From contig OZ253442.1 in the NCBI GenBank assembly GCA_965261085.1, positions 3,616,001 to 3,680,000 of the forward strand: DNA of 64,000 bases, written 5' to 3'. The notes under the pieces were generated by a model, which worked only from the letters and a program-made list of their open reading frames with translations, was not told the origin of the DNA and searched no databases. Positions 1 to 9,533 of the stretch are shown piece after piece; the stretch's first letter is position 1, and each line of letters begins with the position of its first letter. A program made the translations under genes and the position numbers. Source of the DNA: a bacterium. Lineage in GTDB: Bacteria; UBA8248.

Positions 1-2
1 TA

Positions 3-884
3 GCCGGCCTCATCGCCGTGGCGACCGACGAACAGCTCGCTCGCGTGATTCCCGATTACCTCAAAGACCCGCTCTATTGCATCGGCATCGCCGTCACGGA
101 ACCCAACTCGGGCAGCGACAACGCGCTTCCCTTCGATGCGGACCTCGCCGCAGGCCCCGCCCTGAGCGCGGTGCGCGACGGGGATTCCTACGTTTTGAAC
201 GGGATGAAGCAGTTCATCGCCATGGGCGCGCAGGCGAAATACGTCACCGCCTTCGCCCGGACCGACAAGAGCGTCCCGTGGACGAAGGGCGTGACGGGAT
301 TCATGCTCTTTCCGCCGCACGAGGGCTTCGAGGTCGGCAGGCTGCACGAGAAGGTGGGTTTGAGGTGTTACCCCCAGTACGACCTCATCTTCCGCAACGT
401 GCGGGTCCCGCTGGAAAGCCGCCTGGGCGAGGAGGACAAATTTCAGGAAGGAAGAAGGAGCGTCGTCAACGTCGGCACCCTCGAGGCCACGTCCACGGCT
501 TTGGGGATCGCCCAGCGGGCTTACGATCTGGCGCTGGGCCACGCGCGCGTGCGCGTACAGGGCGGAAAACCCATCATCGAGCACGACCTCATCGGCTCGC
601 TCCTGCTCGATATGTACACCCGGCTCGAAGCTTCGAGGACGCTGCTCTGGCGCGCAGCCTGGGGCATCGACCAGGGGCTGAATGATCAGAAACTCGCGCG
701 GGCGACGAAGGTGCTCACCGTCGAGATGCTGAATTATATGACCATGCGGACCGTGGAGATTTGGGGGGGCATGGGCGTGATGAAGGACGCGCCGGTGGAG
801 AAGGTGCACCGCGACGCGATTCAGCTATTCCACATGGGCAACACGAACCAGGTGAACGTCTTGAAGGCGCTGCCCCACCTGTGA
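3..884 (+). CDS. Acyl-CoA dehydrogenase family protein (5' truncated by window)
   Basis: AVTEPNSGSD, YVLNGMKQFI, RVQGGKPI and IWGGMG motifs; frame is open to the window start. Confidence 0.92.
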   Translation, partial: AGLIAVATDEQLARVIPDYLKDPLYCIGIAVTEPNSGSDNALPFDADLAAGPALSAVRDGDSYVLNGMKQFIAMGAQAKYVTAFARTDKSVPWTKGVTGFMLFPPHEGFEVGRLHEKVGLRCYPQYDLIFRNVRVPLESRLGEEDKFQEGRRSVVNVGTLEATSTALGIAQRAYDLALGHARVRVQGGKPIIEHDLIGSLLLDMYTRLEASRTLLWRAAWGIDQGLNDQKLARATKVLTVEMLNYMTMRTVEIWGGMGVMKDAPVEKVHRDAIQLFHMGNTNQVNVLKALPHL

Positions 885-1035
885 GGAATCCATCTTCTGC
901 GCGCCCTTGTCTTTCGGGCGGTTTTTGATGATCCTAAACAAGGCGCTCGACCATGGGGGCTGCCGAGGGAACCGGCCCGCATGAAGAGGAGCTCCCTTGA
1001 TGAAGCGCCTCACGGGGAGTCGGCCCGTATGAAAA

Positions 1036-1059
1036 GGGACGCATATATGCGTCCCCTAC
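1036..1059 (-). repeat. GTAG-type REP palindrome
   Basis: GGGACGCATATATGCGTCCC followed by CTAC; related copies at 44602-44672. Confidence 0.75.
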
Positions 1060-1086
1060 AGGTAAATCCAGATGGGATGAAGGAGT

Positions 1087-1491
1087 ATGAAAATGACAGA
1101 AAAAACGGATGCGGAATGGCGCGAGCAACTCACGCCGGAGCAATACCACGTCACCCGGAAGGCGGGAACCGAGCGCGCCTTCAGCGGGAAATACTGCGAC
1201 TGCCATGAGGACGGCGTCTATACGTGCATATGCTGCGGGACGGAGCTGTTCGATGCGCAGACCAAGTTCGACTCGGGCACGGGCTGGCCGAGTTTTTATC
1301 AGCCGCTCAAGCCCGAGAACGTGGGCGAGAAGGAGGACAAATCGCTCTGGATGCGCCGCGTGGAGGTGGTGTGCTCAAATTGCGACGCGCATCTGGGCCA
1401 CGTGTTCCCCGACGGCCCTGCGCCCACCGGTCTTCGCTACTGCATGAACTCGGCATCTTTGGACTTGAAACCGAAAGACGCATCCGAATAA
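1087..1491 (+). CDS. msrB: Peptide-methionine (R)-S-oxide reductase MsrB
   Basis: [29 protein letters not shown] motifs and two CxxC; true start may be 1093 given RBS spacing. Confidence 0.97.
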   Translation: MKMTEKTDAEWREQLTPEQYHVTRKAGTERAFSGKYCDCHEDGVYTCICCGTELFDAQTKFDSGTGWPSFYQPLKPENVGEKEDKSLWMRRVEVVCSNCDAHLGHVFPDGPAPTGLRYCMNSASLDLKPKDASE

Positions 1492-1591
1492 TTTCATACG
1501 GGCATGGAAGGGCGAGCCTCGCCTCATGTGACGCCCCTCTGCGCAATAATCCAAGCGCATCTTTTTTAGAGAATGACGGGAGAGAACACCC

Positions 1592-2035
1592 ATGGGTATT
1601 GAGCGCTTTCATAACGTATCCCTGACGGTGAAGGACGCGGACGCATCTTCCAAATGGTATGCAGAGCACTTCGGCTTCGAGGTGGAATCCGATTCCGAGC
1701 GCACGCCGGAGTTTTCCGCGCAGGTGACGGGTGTTCCGGGCGCGCACTTGCGCGTGGTGCACATGGGCGGCCACGGGCTTCATCTCGAACTCATGGAGTA
1801 CAAGAGCGCGGCAGGCGAGACGATAAACACCGACCCCAACAACACGGGCTGCCTGCAAATCGGCTTCGTGGTGGACGACGCCAAGGCTCTCTATGAGAAA
1901 CTCCAGGCGGAGGGAACCACCATGTGCTCGCCTGAACCCGCCACGGTGCCGACCGGCCCCATCCAGGGTTCAAAGATTTTCTTCTGCAAAGACCCCGACG
2001 GCGTGGTGCTGAAGTTCTTGTCGATTAAGAAGTAG
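1592..2035 (+). CDS. VOC/glyoxalase family protein
   Basis: HNVSLTVKD, LELMEY and KDPDG pattern. Confidence 0.85.
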   Translation: MGIERFHNVSLTVKDADASSKWYAEHFGFEVESDSERTPEFSAQVTGVPGAHLRVVHMGGHGLHLELMEYKSAAGETINTDPNNTGCLQIGFVVDDAKALYEKLQAEGTTMCSPEPATVPTGPIQGSKIFFCKDPDGVVLKFLSIKK

Positions 2036-2067
2036 GGGTTGGTGATTTGTAGGGACATGTTGCAGGT

Positions 2068-2093
2068 GTAGGGGCGGACCTATGTGTCCGCCC
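2068..2093 (+). repeat. GTAG-type REP; exact inverted copy at 3019-3044
   Basis: GTAGGGGCGGACCTATGTGTCCGCCC versus GGGCGGACACATAGGTCCGCCCCTAC. Confidence 0.85.
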
Positions 2094-2213
2094 TTGTTAC
2101 CTTAGGTCGCCCGAAGTGGTAATTTTTCCCCTTTGGTCATATTGTTTAATCGATCTGCTTCCACAAGATAGACTCCCCTTTCCTCACCGCCCTGTGAGAC
2201 ACGCGGAAATCCA

Positions 2214-2903
2214 ATGAGAAGTGACATGGCTCGCTTTGATCACAAGACCGCTTGTAAAGTTTTTCGTGATCATTGTCGTGAAAGAGGAATTTCGTTACAG
2301 CTTATCCCCGAGAGCCGTGAACCCAATGAGCGCCGCCCCGATTTTGAGATTAGAATTGACGATAAGCACGTAGTCGTTGAAGTCAAAGCGATAGTACAGA
2401 ATAAAGAAGACAAGAGCAGCGCTGAAAAGGTGAAAGCGGGTGAACCAGTCGTATTCAGCCACACACCCGGTGATGGGTTGCTCAAAAAGTTGCAGAAAGC
2501 GAACGGGCAGCTTCGTCCGTCCGTCAATCAGGGCATTCCAAGCATCGTCTGTGTTTTCGATTAATCTTCTCGCCGGTTTTTAGATTCATACAATATTCAC
2601 GCCGGAATGTTCGGGCTGGACGCTGTCTCAATCTCGATTCCGGCAGACTACACCCAACAGCCTCGTTCCCTGGGCCACAAATCCGGCAGACGGGAAACGT
2701 TGACAAAAGAGCACAACACCTCAATTTCGGCAGTTATGGTATTTAGGGCGACAGGCCCTAATCAATATGATGCGAGGCTTTTCCACAATCACTTCGCCAA
2801 ATGTCCGCTTCCAGAAGATTGCGCTTCTCGTTTGGTGGACTGGCAGTATCGGAGTAGAAATAGAGAAGGCCGGATTGGCGATCCTTGGAATCTAATCGAA
2901 TGA
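2214..2903 (+). pseudogene. PD-(D/E)xK nuclease-like protein interrupted by one in-frame TAA (2562-2564)
   Basis: ORFs 2214-2564 and 2607-2903 are in the same frame with no other stop between them; RRPDF...VVEVK motif; lower GC. Confidence 0.65.
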
Positions 2904-3018
2904 ATCCTGGGACTTTAGATTCTGCAAGGGCGGCTCGCGAGCCGCCCCTACGAAAAAACGCGCTCTCGCGCTCTAGGTCAAACGGGCACAATTTCCCCTT
3001 CTCGGCGATGCACAATGC

Positions 3019-3044
3019 GGGCGGACACATAGGTCCGCCCCTAC
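3019..3044 (-). repeat. GTAG-type REP (inverted partner of 2068-2093)
   Basis: Exact reverse complement; a further REP lies at 2928-2951. Confidence 0.85.
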
Positions 3045-3385
3045 AAAATTTATTCATGATGGGGAATCATCACACAACATCGTCATTCCGATAGGGCAGC
3101 GAACAACACTCCTCCCTTGAGGGTCATTGTCGACCGATGAGGGAGGTTTTGCTTCGGATGAGAAACACACCGGTTAACAATTCTTCGCTCCTCGCTTGGA
3201 ATAATTCTTCTTTTCTCAGTCGGAATTCCCCCCACCGGTTCGGTTGCGGGCTTACGCCCTTACCCCACCGTCGGACTTTCCCCTCGGAAAGCCCGACCCT
3301 CAAGGGAGTGAATATATGACCACTCATGTTTCTGATGAGAGGCAGTCCCCCGCGCCTGTTCTGAACGCATCCTCCCTGAGGAAGA

Positions 3386-3445
3386 ACAATCACGGGGGGC
3401 AGGACAACCACGGGGGGCAGGACAACCACGGGGGGTTGTCCCTAC
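3386..3445 (+). repeat. 18-bp tandem repeat ending in a CTAC REP-like palindrome
   Basis: ACAA(T/C)CACGGGGGGCAGG units followed by GGACAACCACGGGGGGTTGTCCCTAC. Confidence 0.7.
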
Positions 3446-3582
3446 GTTCGAGAACGAACCCTCCCCTCCATATGCCCGGCCTTGCGGACGCAACCCTGCG
3501 AGGCCACAATGCGCTCGCCTCCTCTCAGGAGCACAGCGGCGGTTCACGAACCATTTCTCAAGAGACGAAAAAGGGAGACGCC

Positions 3583-4578
3583 ATGAGCAAGCCGTCCGTT
3601 ACGATAGTGACGACCGGGGGGACGATTTCATCCAAATACGACACGCGGGGAGGGGAGAACGTGCCTGCGGCGAGTGCGGAGGAGTTGGTCGCTTCGGTTC
3701 CTGAACTCAGCAGTGCGGCCCAAGTGCGCGTCGTCGAGCACTCGAACGTCACCAGCGACGTCTTGGAAACGTCCACGGCCTTCGGCCTTCGCGACCGCCT
3801 GCGCGGGATTCTGGCGGATGAGGAGACGGCCGGGGCGGTCATCACCCACGGGACCGCCACCATGGAGGAGACGGCCTATCTCTTAGACCTCACCCTGGGC
3901 GGCGAGAAGCCCGTGGTGATTACGGGCGCGATGCGCAACGCCGTCGCCCGGGACGCGGACGGACCCCGGAACATCTTCTACGCCGCGAAGATCGCAGCAG
4001 ACCCCGAAACGCGGGGCCGGGGCGTGCTGGTCGCGCTGGACGGCGAGATATTCGCCGCGCGGGACGTCATCAAGGTGCACAGCCAGCGGCCCCATGCCTT
4101 CGCCTCCAGAGACGGCGGGCCTATCGGCGTCGTCTCGGATGAGGGCGTCTTCTTTCACTACCGCCCCGAGCGGCGGCTTCACTTCGAGGTCGACGCCGTG
4201 AAGGAAAACGTGCAGTTCCTCACCGTGACCCAGGGGGTGAACGACCTGCTCGTGCGCGCGTGCATTCGGGAGGGAGTGGACGGCATCGTGGTGGAAGGCG
4301 TCGGCGCGGGCAACGTGAACGTTCCCTTTTATCACGCCCTGTGCGACGCGCTTGCGGCGGGAATCCCCGTGGTGATGGGGGTGCGCATCTTCGCGGGCGC
4401 GCCGCACCGCGCAAAGGCCCACGCGGGCTCGTTCCGGAGCCTGCTCGAGCGCGGAGCGATATCCGCAGGCTATCTGAGCGGAATCAAGGCCCGGATTCTG
4501 CTGATGGTGGCGCTGGCGCATACGCAGGATTTAGGAGAGTTGCAGGATATTTTCGAGCGGGCGGGCGGACGAGCGTAA
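3583..4578 (+). CDS. L-asparaginase/glutaminase family protein
   Basis: TTGGTI, HGTATMEETAY, ITGAMR motifs; start placed at ATG 3583 after GGGAG RBS. Confidence 0.93.
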   Translation: MSKPSVTIVTTGGTISSKYDTRGGENVPAASAEELVASVPELSSAAQVRVVEHSNVTSDVLETSTAFGLRDRLRGILADEETAGAVITHGTATMEETAYLLDLTLGGEKPVVITGAMRNAVARDADGPRNIFYAAKIAADPETRGRGVLVALDGEIFAARDVIKVHSQRPHAFASRDGGPIGVVSDEGVFFHYRPERRLHFEVDAVKENVQFLTVTQGVNDLLVRACIREGVDGIVVEGVGAGNVNVPFYHALCDALAAGIPVVMGVRIFAGAPHRAKAHAGSFRSLLERGAISAGYLSGIKARILLMVALAHTQDLGELQDIFERAGGRA

Positions 4579-4689
4579 AGAGGGGGGAATCGCCGCAGTC
4601 TCCCAGGTCGGCAATTCCACGTTCCTCACTCTGAAAGGTCAGGCTTCCCCTCCTCGGGGAAGCCTGACCTTCCTCACTCGGGTTCGACC

Positions 4690-4945
4690 ACGCATCTGCC
4701 CGCAATTCCCGTCATCGCGTCTTCTCCGGGATGTGTCAGAATCCGCCGCTAGAAGAGGAGGCTTTTTCATGGAACCCGGCGATAGGGCAAGAGTAAAAAC
4801 GGCAATCTCTCCCGCATTGGTCGAGATTGACCACCGTGAGGAGGTGAGGCGTACTCATCGACTCAGGCGTGACAAGGAAATATGAAAATAATCCAATTTC
4901 CTGAAAATATCGATAAATTCACGGGGTTTTTCGATAAATTAACGG
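4690..4945 (+). repeat. Intergenic block duplicated in inverted orientation at about 7340-7640 (continuing past the IS to about 9317)
   Basis: Shared GAGGAGGCTTT.TCATGGAA...GGCAATC and TGAAAATAATCCAATTTCCTGAAAATATCGATAAATT blocks. Confidence 0.8.
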
Positions 4946-4987
4946 GGTATTTCTGCAAATAAAAGAGTCGAAAAAGGGGGCGGACGC

Positions 4988-5443
4988 CTAGGAAACGCTC
5001 ATCTTCCGACCGCTCTCGTACCACTCGGGACCAGGCTGTTCGGGGGGATCGTCGTAGCGTTTGATCTCGAGTTCGACGTTGTCGGGATCGTAGAAATAGG
5101 TGGCGTAGCCCACGCCGAAAGCGCCGAGGTTCTTCTCCTCGCCCCGGTGAGGCTCTCTGCCACTTGCTCGTAAACGATTGATTACATTGTGGTATTCGGC
5201 GTCATCAAGACAAAACGCGATGTGGTCCATCCCGCCCTTCACGTCGACGTCGTCTGATACGAACGAATCGGAATGGAACAGGACGAGGATGTCATCCCCC
5301 ACGCGGAAGACGACCTGGTCGATCTCGCCGCCGTGAATGAGCCGGCGGCCGACGGGCTTGAAACCCATCACGTCGCGGTAGAACACGATGGAACTATCGA
5401 GATTCGTAACGCGCAGGGCGACGTGCTCGATCATTCGTTTCAT
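4988..5443 (-). CDS. VOC/glyoxalase family protein
   Basis: EHVALRV, DHIAF and YFYDPDNVELE motifs. Confidence 0.88.
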   Translation of the reverse strand: MKRMIEHVALRVTNLDSSIVFYRDVMGFKPVGRRLIHGGEIDQVVFRVGDDILVLFHSDSFVSDDVDVKGGMDHIAFCLDDAEYHNVINRLRASGREPHRGEEKNLGAFGVGYATYFYDPDNVELEIKRYDDPPEQPGPEWYESGRKMSVS

Positions 5444-5471
5444 GGCGGCCTCCTTTACTGGAGGAGAGGGG

Positions 5472-5993
5472 CTAGTTCTCGTAGGCCTTCACCGTGGGAA
5501 CCGTGATGGGAGATTCGGGTTCGGTCCTGCCCTCGGCCACGGCGCGAATCGCCGCGATAATCTGGCGATATCCCGTGCAGCGGCAAAGGTTTCCGGTGAG
5601 CCAGTGCTGAATTTCCGCCTCGGAGGGGTCGGGATTCTCATCGAGCAGTTTCTTGGCCGAAACAATCATCCCCGGCGTGCAATAGCCGCACTGGGTGGCG
5701 CCGTACGAGGCGAAAGCGGCTTGTAAGGGATGCAAGTCTTCGAGGCTGCCGAGGCCTTCTATCGTCTCTATATTCGAGCCATCGGCGCGCACCGCGAGGG
5801 TGAGGCATGAACTGATGAGTGCATCATCCATGATGATCGAGCAGGAGCCGCACGCGCCTTGATCGCAGGAGCGCTTGGTGCCCATCATCCCCAAGTCCTC
5901 ACGGATGACGTCCACGAGATAGCGGTTCACGGGAACCATGACTTCGACGGGGTCTCCGTTGAGAACGAAAGATATCATCCTTTTTTCAGACAT
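5472..5993 (-). CDS. (2Fe-2S)-binding small subunit of the xanthine/CO dehydrogenase family (CoxS/CutS-like)
   Basis: GTKRSCDQGACGSCS, QCGYCTPG and NLCRCTGY motifs. Confidence 0.93.
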   Translation of the reverse strand: MSEKRMISFVLNGDPVEVMVPVNRYLVDVIREDLGMMGTKRSCDQGACGSCSIIMDDALISSCLTLAVRADGSNIETIEGLGSLEDLHPLQAAFASYGATQCGYCTPGMIVSAKKLLDENPDPSEAEIQHWLTGNLCRCTGYRQIIAAIRAVAEGRTEPESPITVPTVKAYEN

Positions 5994-6077
5994 ATCAGTC
6001 CCCCACTTTTTGTGGCCATGCACTGTTGTCTAGTAACCCAATTATATCACGTTTCACCCGTCCATGCATGGAAACCA

Positions 6078-7091
6078 TCAGATTTTCCTGAGCTCCGGGA
6101 TGAGTTCGTCCGAGATCATCCGCATGCTGTGAAGCGCCGTGGAAAGCGGCATCCCCGCCCAGTGGGTACGGATGATGAGGTGGCTCATCCCCACTTCCTC
6201 CCAGTAGGGGCGAAGCTGCTCGTAGCACTCCTCGGGCGATCCGAGGATGAAGCGATCCTTTAAGAGATCGTCGAATTCCTGGTCGAAGCTCTCATCCTCG
6301 GGCATGGCGTCGTCCTGGCCCCACTTGGCGTAATCCTTGTACTTGCCGAACAGATAAGGCCCCGCCATCTCGAGGGCGGTCTTTCTGTCGCGGCTGCAGA
6401 AGACCTCCTTCATACAAGGGAAATCCGCCGGAAACGGCTTGCCGCACCGTTCCAGCTCCGCGCGGTAGAGCGCCATCTGGCGCTTGATGGTCGCCGTGGT
6501 CGAATGGGGGTTGATGAACCAGTTATCGCCGATGCGCGCGGCGCGCTCTATTGCCTTGTCGTTGTTCGCCGCCACCCAAATCGGCGGATAGGGCTTCTGC
6601 ACCGGGCGGATGTTCATGCGCACGCCGTCGAGCTTGCACACGTCGTCCTCCCAGGTGACTTCCTCTTCCGTCCAGAGGCGCTTCACGAGTTCGAGACACT
6701 CCTCGAACCTGCGCACGCGGTGGCCCTTCGGCACGCGGAAGGCGTCGAACTCCGTCTCGCGGTAGCCCAGGCCGATGCCGAACACGAAGTTCCCCCGGCA
6801 GATGACGTCCATCGTGGCCACCGTCTCGGCGACGTAGACCGGGTTGTGGAGGTTGATGAGCAGGATGCCGAGCCCCAGCGTCATCTCGCCCGCCTCGGCC
6901 TGAAGGCGCGCCAGGAAGGGCACGATCTGGAGCTGTTGGTTGTCGCCCTCGTTCAGGTAGTGCTGCCCGGTGAAGAGCGAATCCCAGCCCTTGTCCCGCG
7001 CCAGGCGCACCATGGCGTACTGATCGTCCAGGGCGCTGACCATGTCGGTTTCGAGACGCTGCTGGTTGGTGATGAAGAGGCCTACTTTCAT
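6078..7091 (-). CDS. LLM-class flavin/F420-dependent oxidoreductase
   Basis: HNPVYVAETVATMD, GIGLGYR, PPIWVA and GSPEEC motifs. Confidence 0.92.
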   Translation of the reverse strand: MKVGLFITNQQRLETDMVSALDDQYAMVRLARDKGWDSLFTGQHYLNEGDNQQLQIVPFLARLQAEAGEMTLGLGILLINLHNPVYVAETVATMDVICRGNFVFGIGLGYRETEFDAFRVPKGHRVRRFEECLELVKRLWTEEEVTWEDDVCKLDGVRMNIRPVQKPYPPIWVAANNDKAIERAARIGDNWFINPHSTTATIKRQMALYRAELERCGKPFPADFPCMKEVFCSRDRKTALEMAGPYLFGKYKDYAKWGQDDAMPEDESFDQEFDDLLKDRFILGSPEECYEQLRPYWEEVGMSHLIIRTHWAGMPLSTALHSMRMISDELIPELRKI

Positions 7092-7674
7092 GTCGCGTTC
7101 CTATGCTTGAGGTGGATGATTGGGGGCTACCATACCGCAAGGCCACGGATGCCGCCATGCTTGCCGGCCTATCGGGGAGAGGGGAAATGCGGGGTAGTGC
7201 GGGCAGATGCGGGGGACGAAAAAACTTTTTTTATTCGATAAAATTCGATAAAATATTCTTTTTCTGCTTTAATATAACGGCATAACTATTTGAAATAAAA
7301 CCGATTATCGTTCCATTCTCTCTAGCGTTACTTTTCAGATATTTATCGAAAAAACCCGTCAATTTATCGATATTTTCAGGAAATTGGATTATTTTCATTT
7401 CCTGCGTCACGTTTAAGTCCATGAGTCGAACGCGAGCGAGGAGCGAGCGTTCGCCGACCGAGGAAGGAGGGTTCGCTGTCGCGAGAGAGGAGTGCAGGTT
7501 TACGTCTTCGTAGGGGTGTCGAATTTCCCCGAGGAGGGGGGAGTTCGAATGAAGCCGCCCGCGTTCTTCTAGGATTGCCATCTTCACTCTCACCCCATCG
7601 CCTGATTCCATGAGAAAGCCTCCTCTCCTTTTGATCAATTCCGACTGATGAAGAAGGTCAAACGCGAGTGAGGA

Positions 7675-9196
7675 GGGGTTGTTGAAAAACCCCTGACTCT
7701 ATGCTTGGATGTATGGATATTACGCGCCCGAGAAGGGAATATCCGCGATGTTGGGACGCAAGAACCGCGCCCAGATGGATTTGTTCATCACCGGTTCGCT
7801 GGAGAGGTTGATTCCCGAGGATCACATATTGGCCCGCGTGAACCGCGTTCTGGACCTGAGTTGGCTGCGCGAGGAAGTGGCGGATTGTTATTGCGCGGAC
7901 AACGGCCGTCCTGGGATCGACCCCGAAGTGGCGGTTCGGTTGATGTTGGCGGGCCTTCTGCTGGGGTTCGTGCACGACCGTCGGTTGATGCGCGAGGCGC
8001 AGGTGAACATCGCGATCCGGTGGTTCATCGGTTACGGGCTGGAGGATCGGCTGCCGGATCATTCGAGCCTGACGCGGATACGGCAGCGCTGGGGGGAGGC
8101 CCGGTTCCGGGAGATATTCCGCCGCACGGTCCGTGCGTGCCTGGATGCGAAGGTGGCCAAGGCCGAAGTCGTGCACGTGGACGCCTCATTGATCCGCGCG
8201 GACGTGAGTTGGGAGAGTCTGGTGGAGCGTCACGTGGACGAGGTGATAGCGGAGAACCCCGTCGAGGAGGAGGCCGGGAAGAAGGGTGGAGGAGGCCGCC
8301 GTGGCGGGGGTTCCGGGAAGGTGAGCCGGACGGACCCGGACGCGCGGCTGGCGAGAACGGGCGGGGGATTCGAGCCGAGCTACAAGCAGCACGCTGTGGT
8401 GGACGACACGCGCGGGGTGGTGCTCGACGTATCGGTGACGGAGGGTACGGTGAACGAGCGTGAGGTGCTCGAATCGCAGGTGGAAGCGGTATGCGAGGTA
8501 TCGGGGCGCGCGCCCGCGATGGTGACGGCGGACTCTGGCTACGCCTACTCGAAGGTCTACGCGGCCCTGGAGCGCCGGGGTGTGGCCGCGCTCATTCCGG
8601 CGAAGAGGGAACCCTCGCAGAGCCGTGTTCCGTTGCGCCTGTTCCGCTACGACGCGCGGCACGACATCGTGAAGTGTCCGCGCGGCAAGATACTGAGCCC
8701 CCGTCGGCCCGCAAAGGGGGGGCGTTATTATCGTTCGAAGACCCGTGATTGCGCGGGCTGCGCGCTTCGCGAGGATTGCCTGCCGAAGGCGTGGTCGAGC
8801 AAGGTGGTGTTGGTTCCGCATGCGTATCCGGCGCTGTTGCGCGCGCGCCGGCGCCATGCGCGATGGAGGGAGGAGGAGCGGCGGATGTACCGGCGTCATA
8901 TGTGGCGCTCGGAGGGCTACCACGGCGAGGCGAAGACCTGGCACGGGCTTGCGCGCGCGGTGCGGCGCGGTCTTGAGAACATGAAGATACAGTCCTACCT
9001 GACGGCGGCGGCGATCAACCTCAAGCGGCTCTCCGCCGCACTTGCTGCAAGGTTATTCGCCCTCTGGAGGGCCTGGTCGGCCCGGGAAGAGCCTCTGTGC
9101 GTCCATCGCGGCCTCGCAAGCTGCGCGGGCTTCCTGTCCGCCGCCGCGTGACCCTCCATACCGCCCGCTCCCGAAACCGGGTTATTCAACAACCCC
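7675..9196 (+). mobile_element. IS1182-family insertion sequence, 1522 bp, TSD GAGGA
   Basis: TIRs GGGGTTGTTGAAAAACCC / GGGTTATTCAACAACCCC; GAGGA at 7670-7674 and 9197-9201. Confidence 0.92.
7709..9151 (+). CDS. IS1182-family DDE transposase
   Basis: LIPEDH, GRPGIDP, PDHSSL, VDAS, ADSGY and AINLKRL motifs; true start is probably slightly downstream. Confidence 0.92.
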   Translation: MYGYYAPEKGISAMLGRKNRAQMDLFITGSLERLIPEDHILARVNRVLDLSWLREEVADCYCADNGRPGIDPEVAVRLMLAGLLLGFVHDRRLMREAQVNIAIRWFIGYGLEDRLPDHSSLTRIRQRWGEARFREIFRRTVRACLDAKVAKAEVVHVDASLIRADVSWESLVERHVDEVIAENPVEEEAGKKGGGGRRGGGSGKVSRTDPDARLARTGGGFEPSYKQHAVVDDTRGVVLDVSVTEGTVNEREVLESQVEAVCEVSGRAPAMVTADSGYAYSKVYAALERRGVAALIPAKREPSQSRVPLRLFRYDARHDIVKCPRGKILSPRRPAKGGRYYRSKTRDCAGCALREDCLPKAWSSKVVLVPHAYPALLRARRRHARWREEERRMYRRHMWRSEGYHGEAKTWHGLARAVRRGLENMKIQSYLTAAAINLKRLSAALAARLFALWRAWSAREEPLCVHRGLASCAGFLSAAA

Positions 9197-9533
9197 GAGG
9201 AGCAAGCGTTTGCCGACCAATGCGGGAGAAATCACTTTCCCGCGTCTGGCGCACGATACCGAAATACGGGACTTCAGGGAGTACGGCAATTGCGGGGAAA
9301 TGCGGGGAATTGCGGGTTAAGCCGGGGGAGGAATGAAGTGGGGACTAGATATGATGGCGCGGCAAACGAAATCACGATGTAGAAACTTTAACCGTCTGTA
9401 TTTGGTTTTTCCGCTTGCCGAAATACTTCTTTCACTTCATTTATTTTTTCCGCCTTTGCGAATTTCGGAATACGTCTTGAAGATGGATATACTATTGGTA
9501 GGAAATTATACACAACAGTAACATCTACACATT

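Noticed and set aside
1087-1491. Selenocysteine MsrB
   Set aside because: The catalytic residue is a normal Cys (RYCMNS).
2562-2564. Recoded stop (Sec/Pyl) in the nuclease-like gene
   Set aside because: The codon is TAA, which also terminates other genes here; nonsense mutation or sequencing error is more likely.
3244-3582. N-terminal extension of asparaginase with NHGGQD repeats
   Set aside because: It is translated REP-like tandem DNA; the RBS and family start are at 3583.
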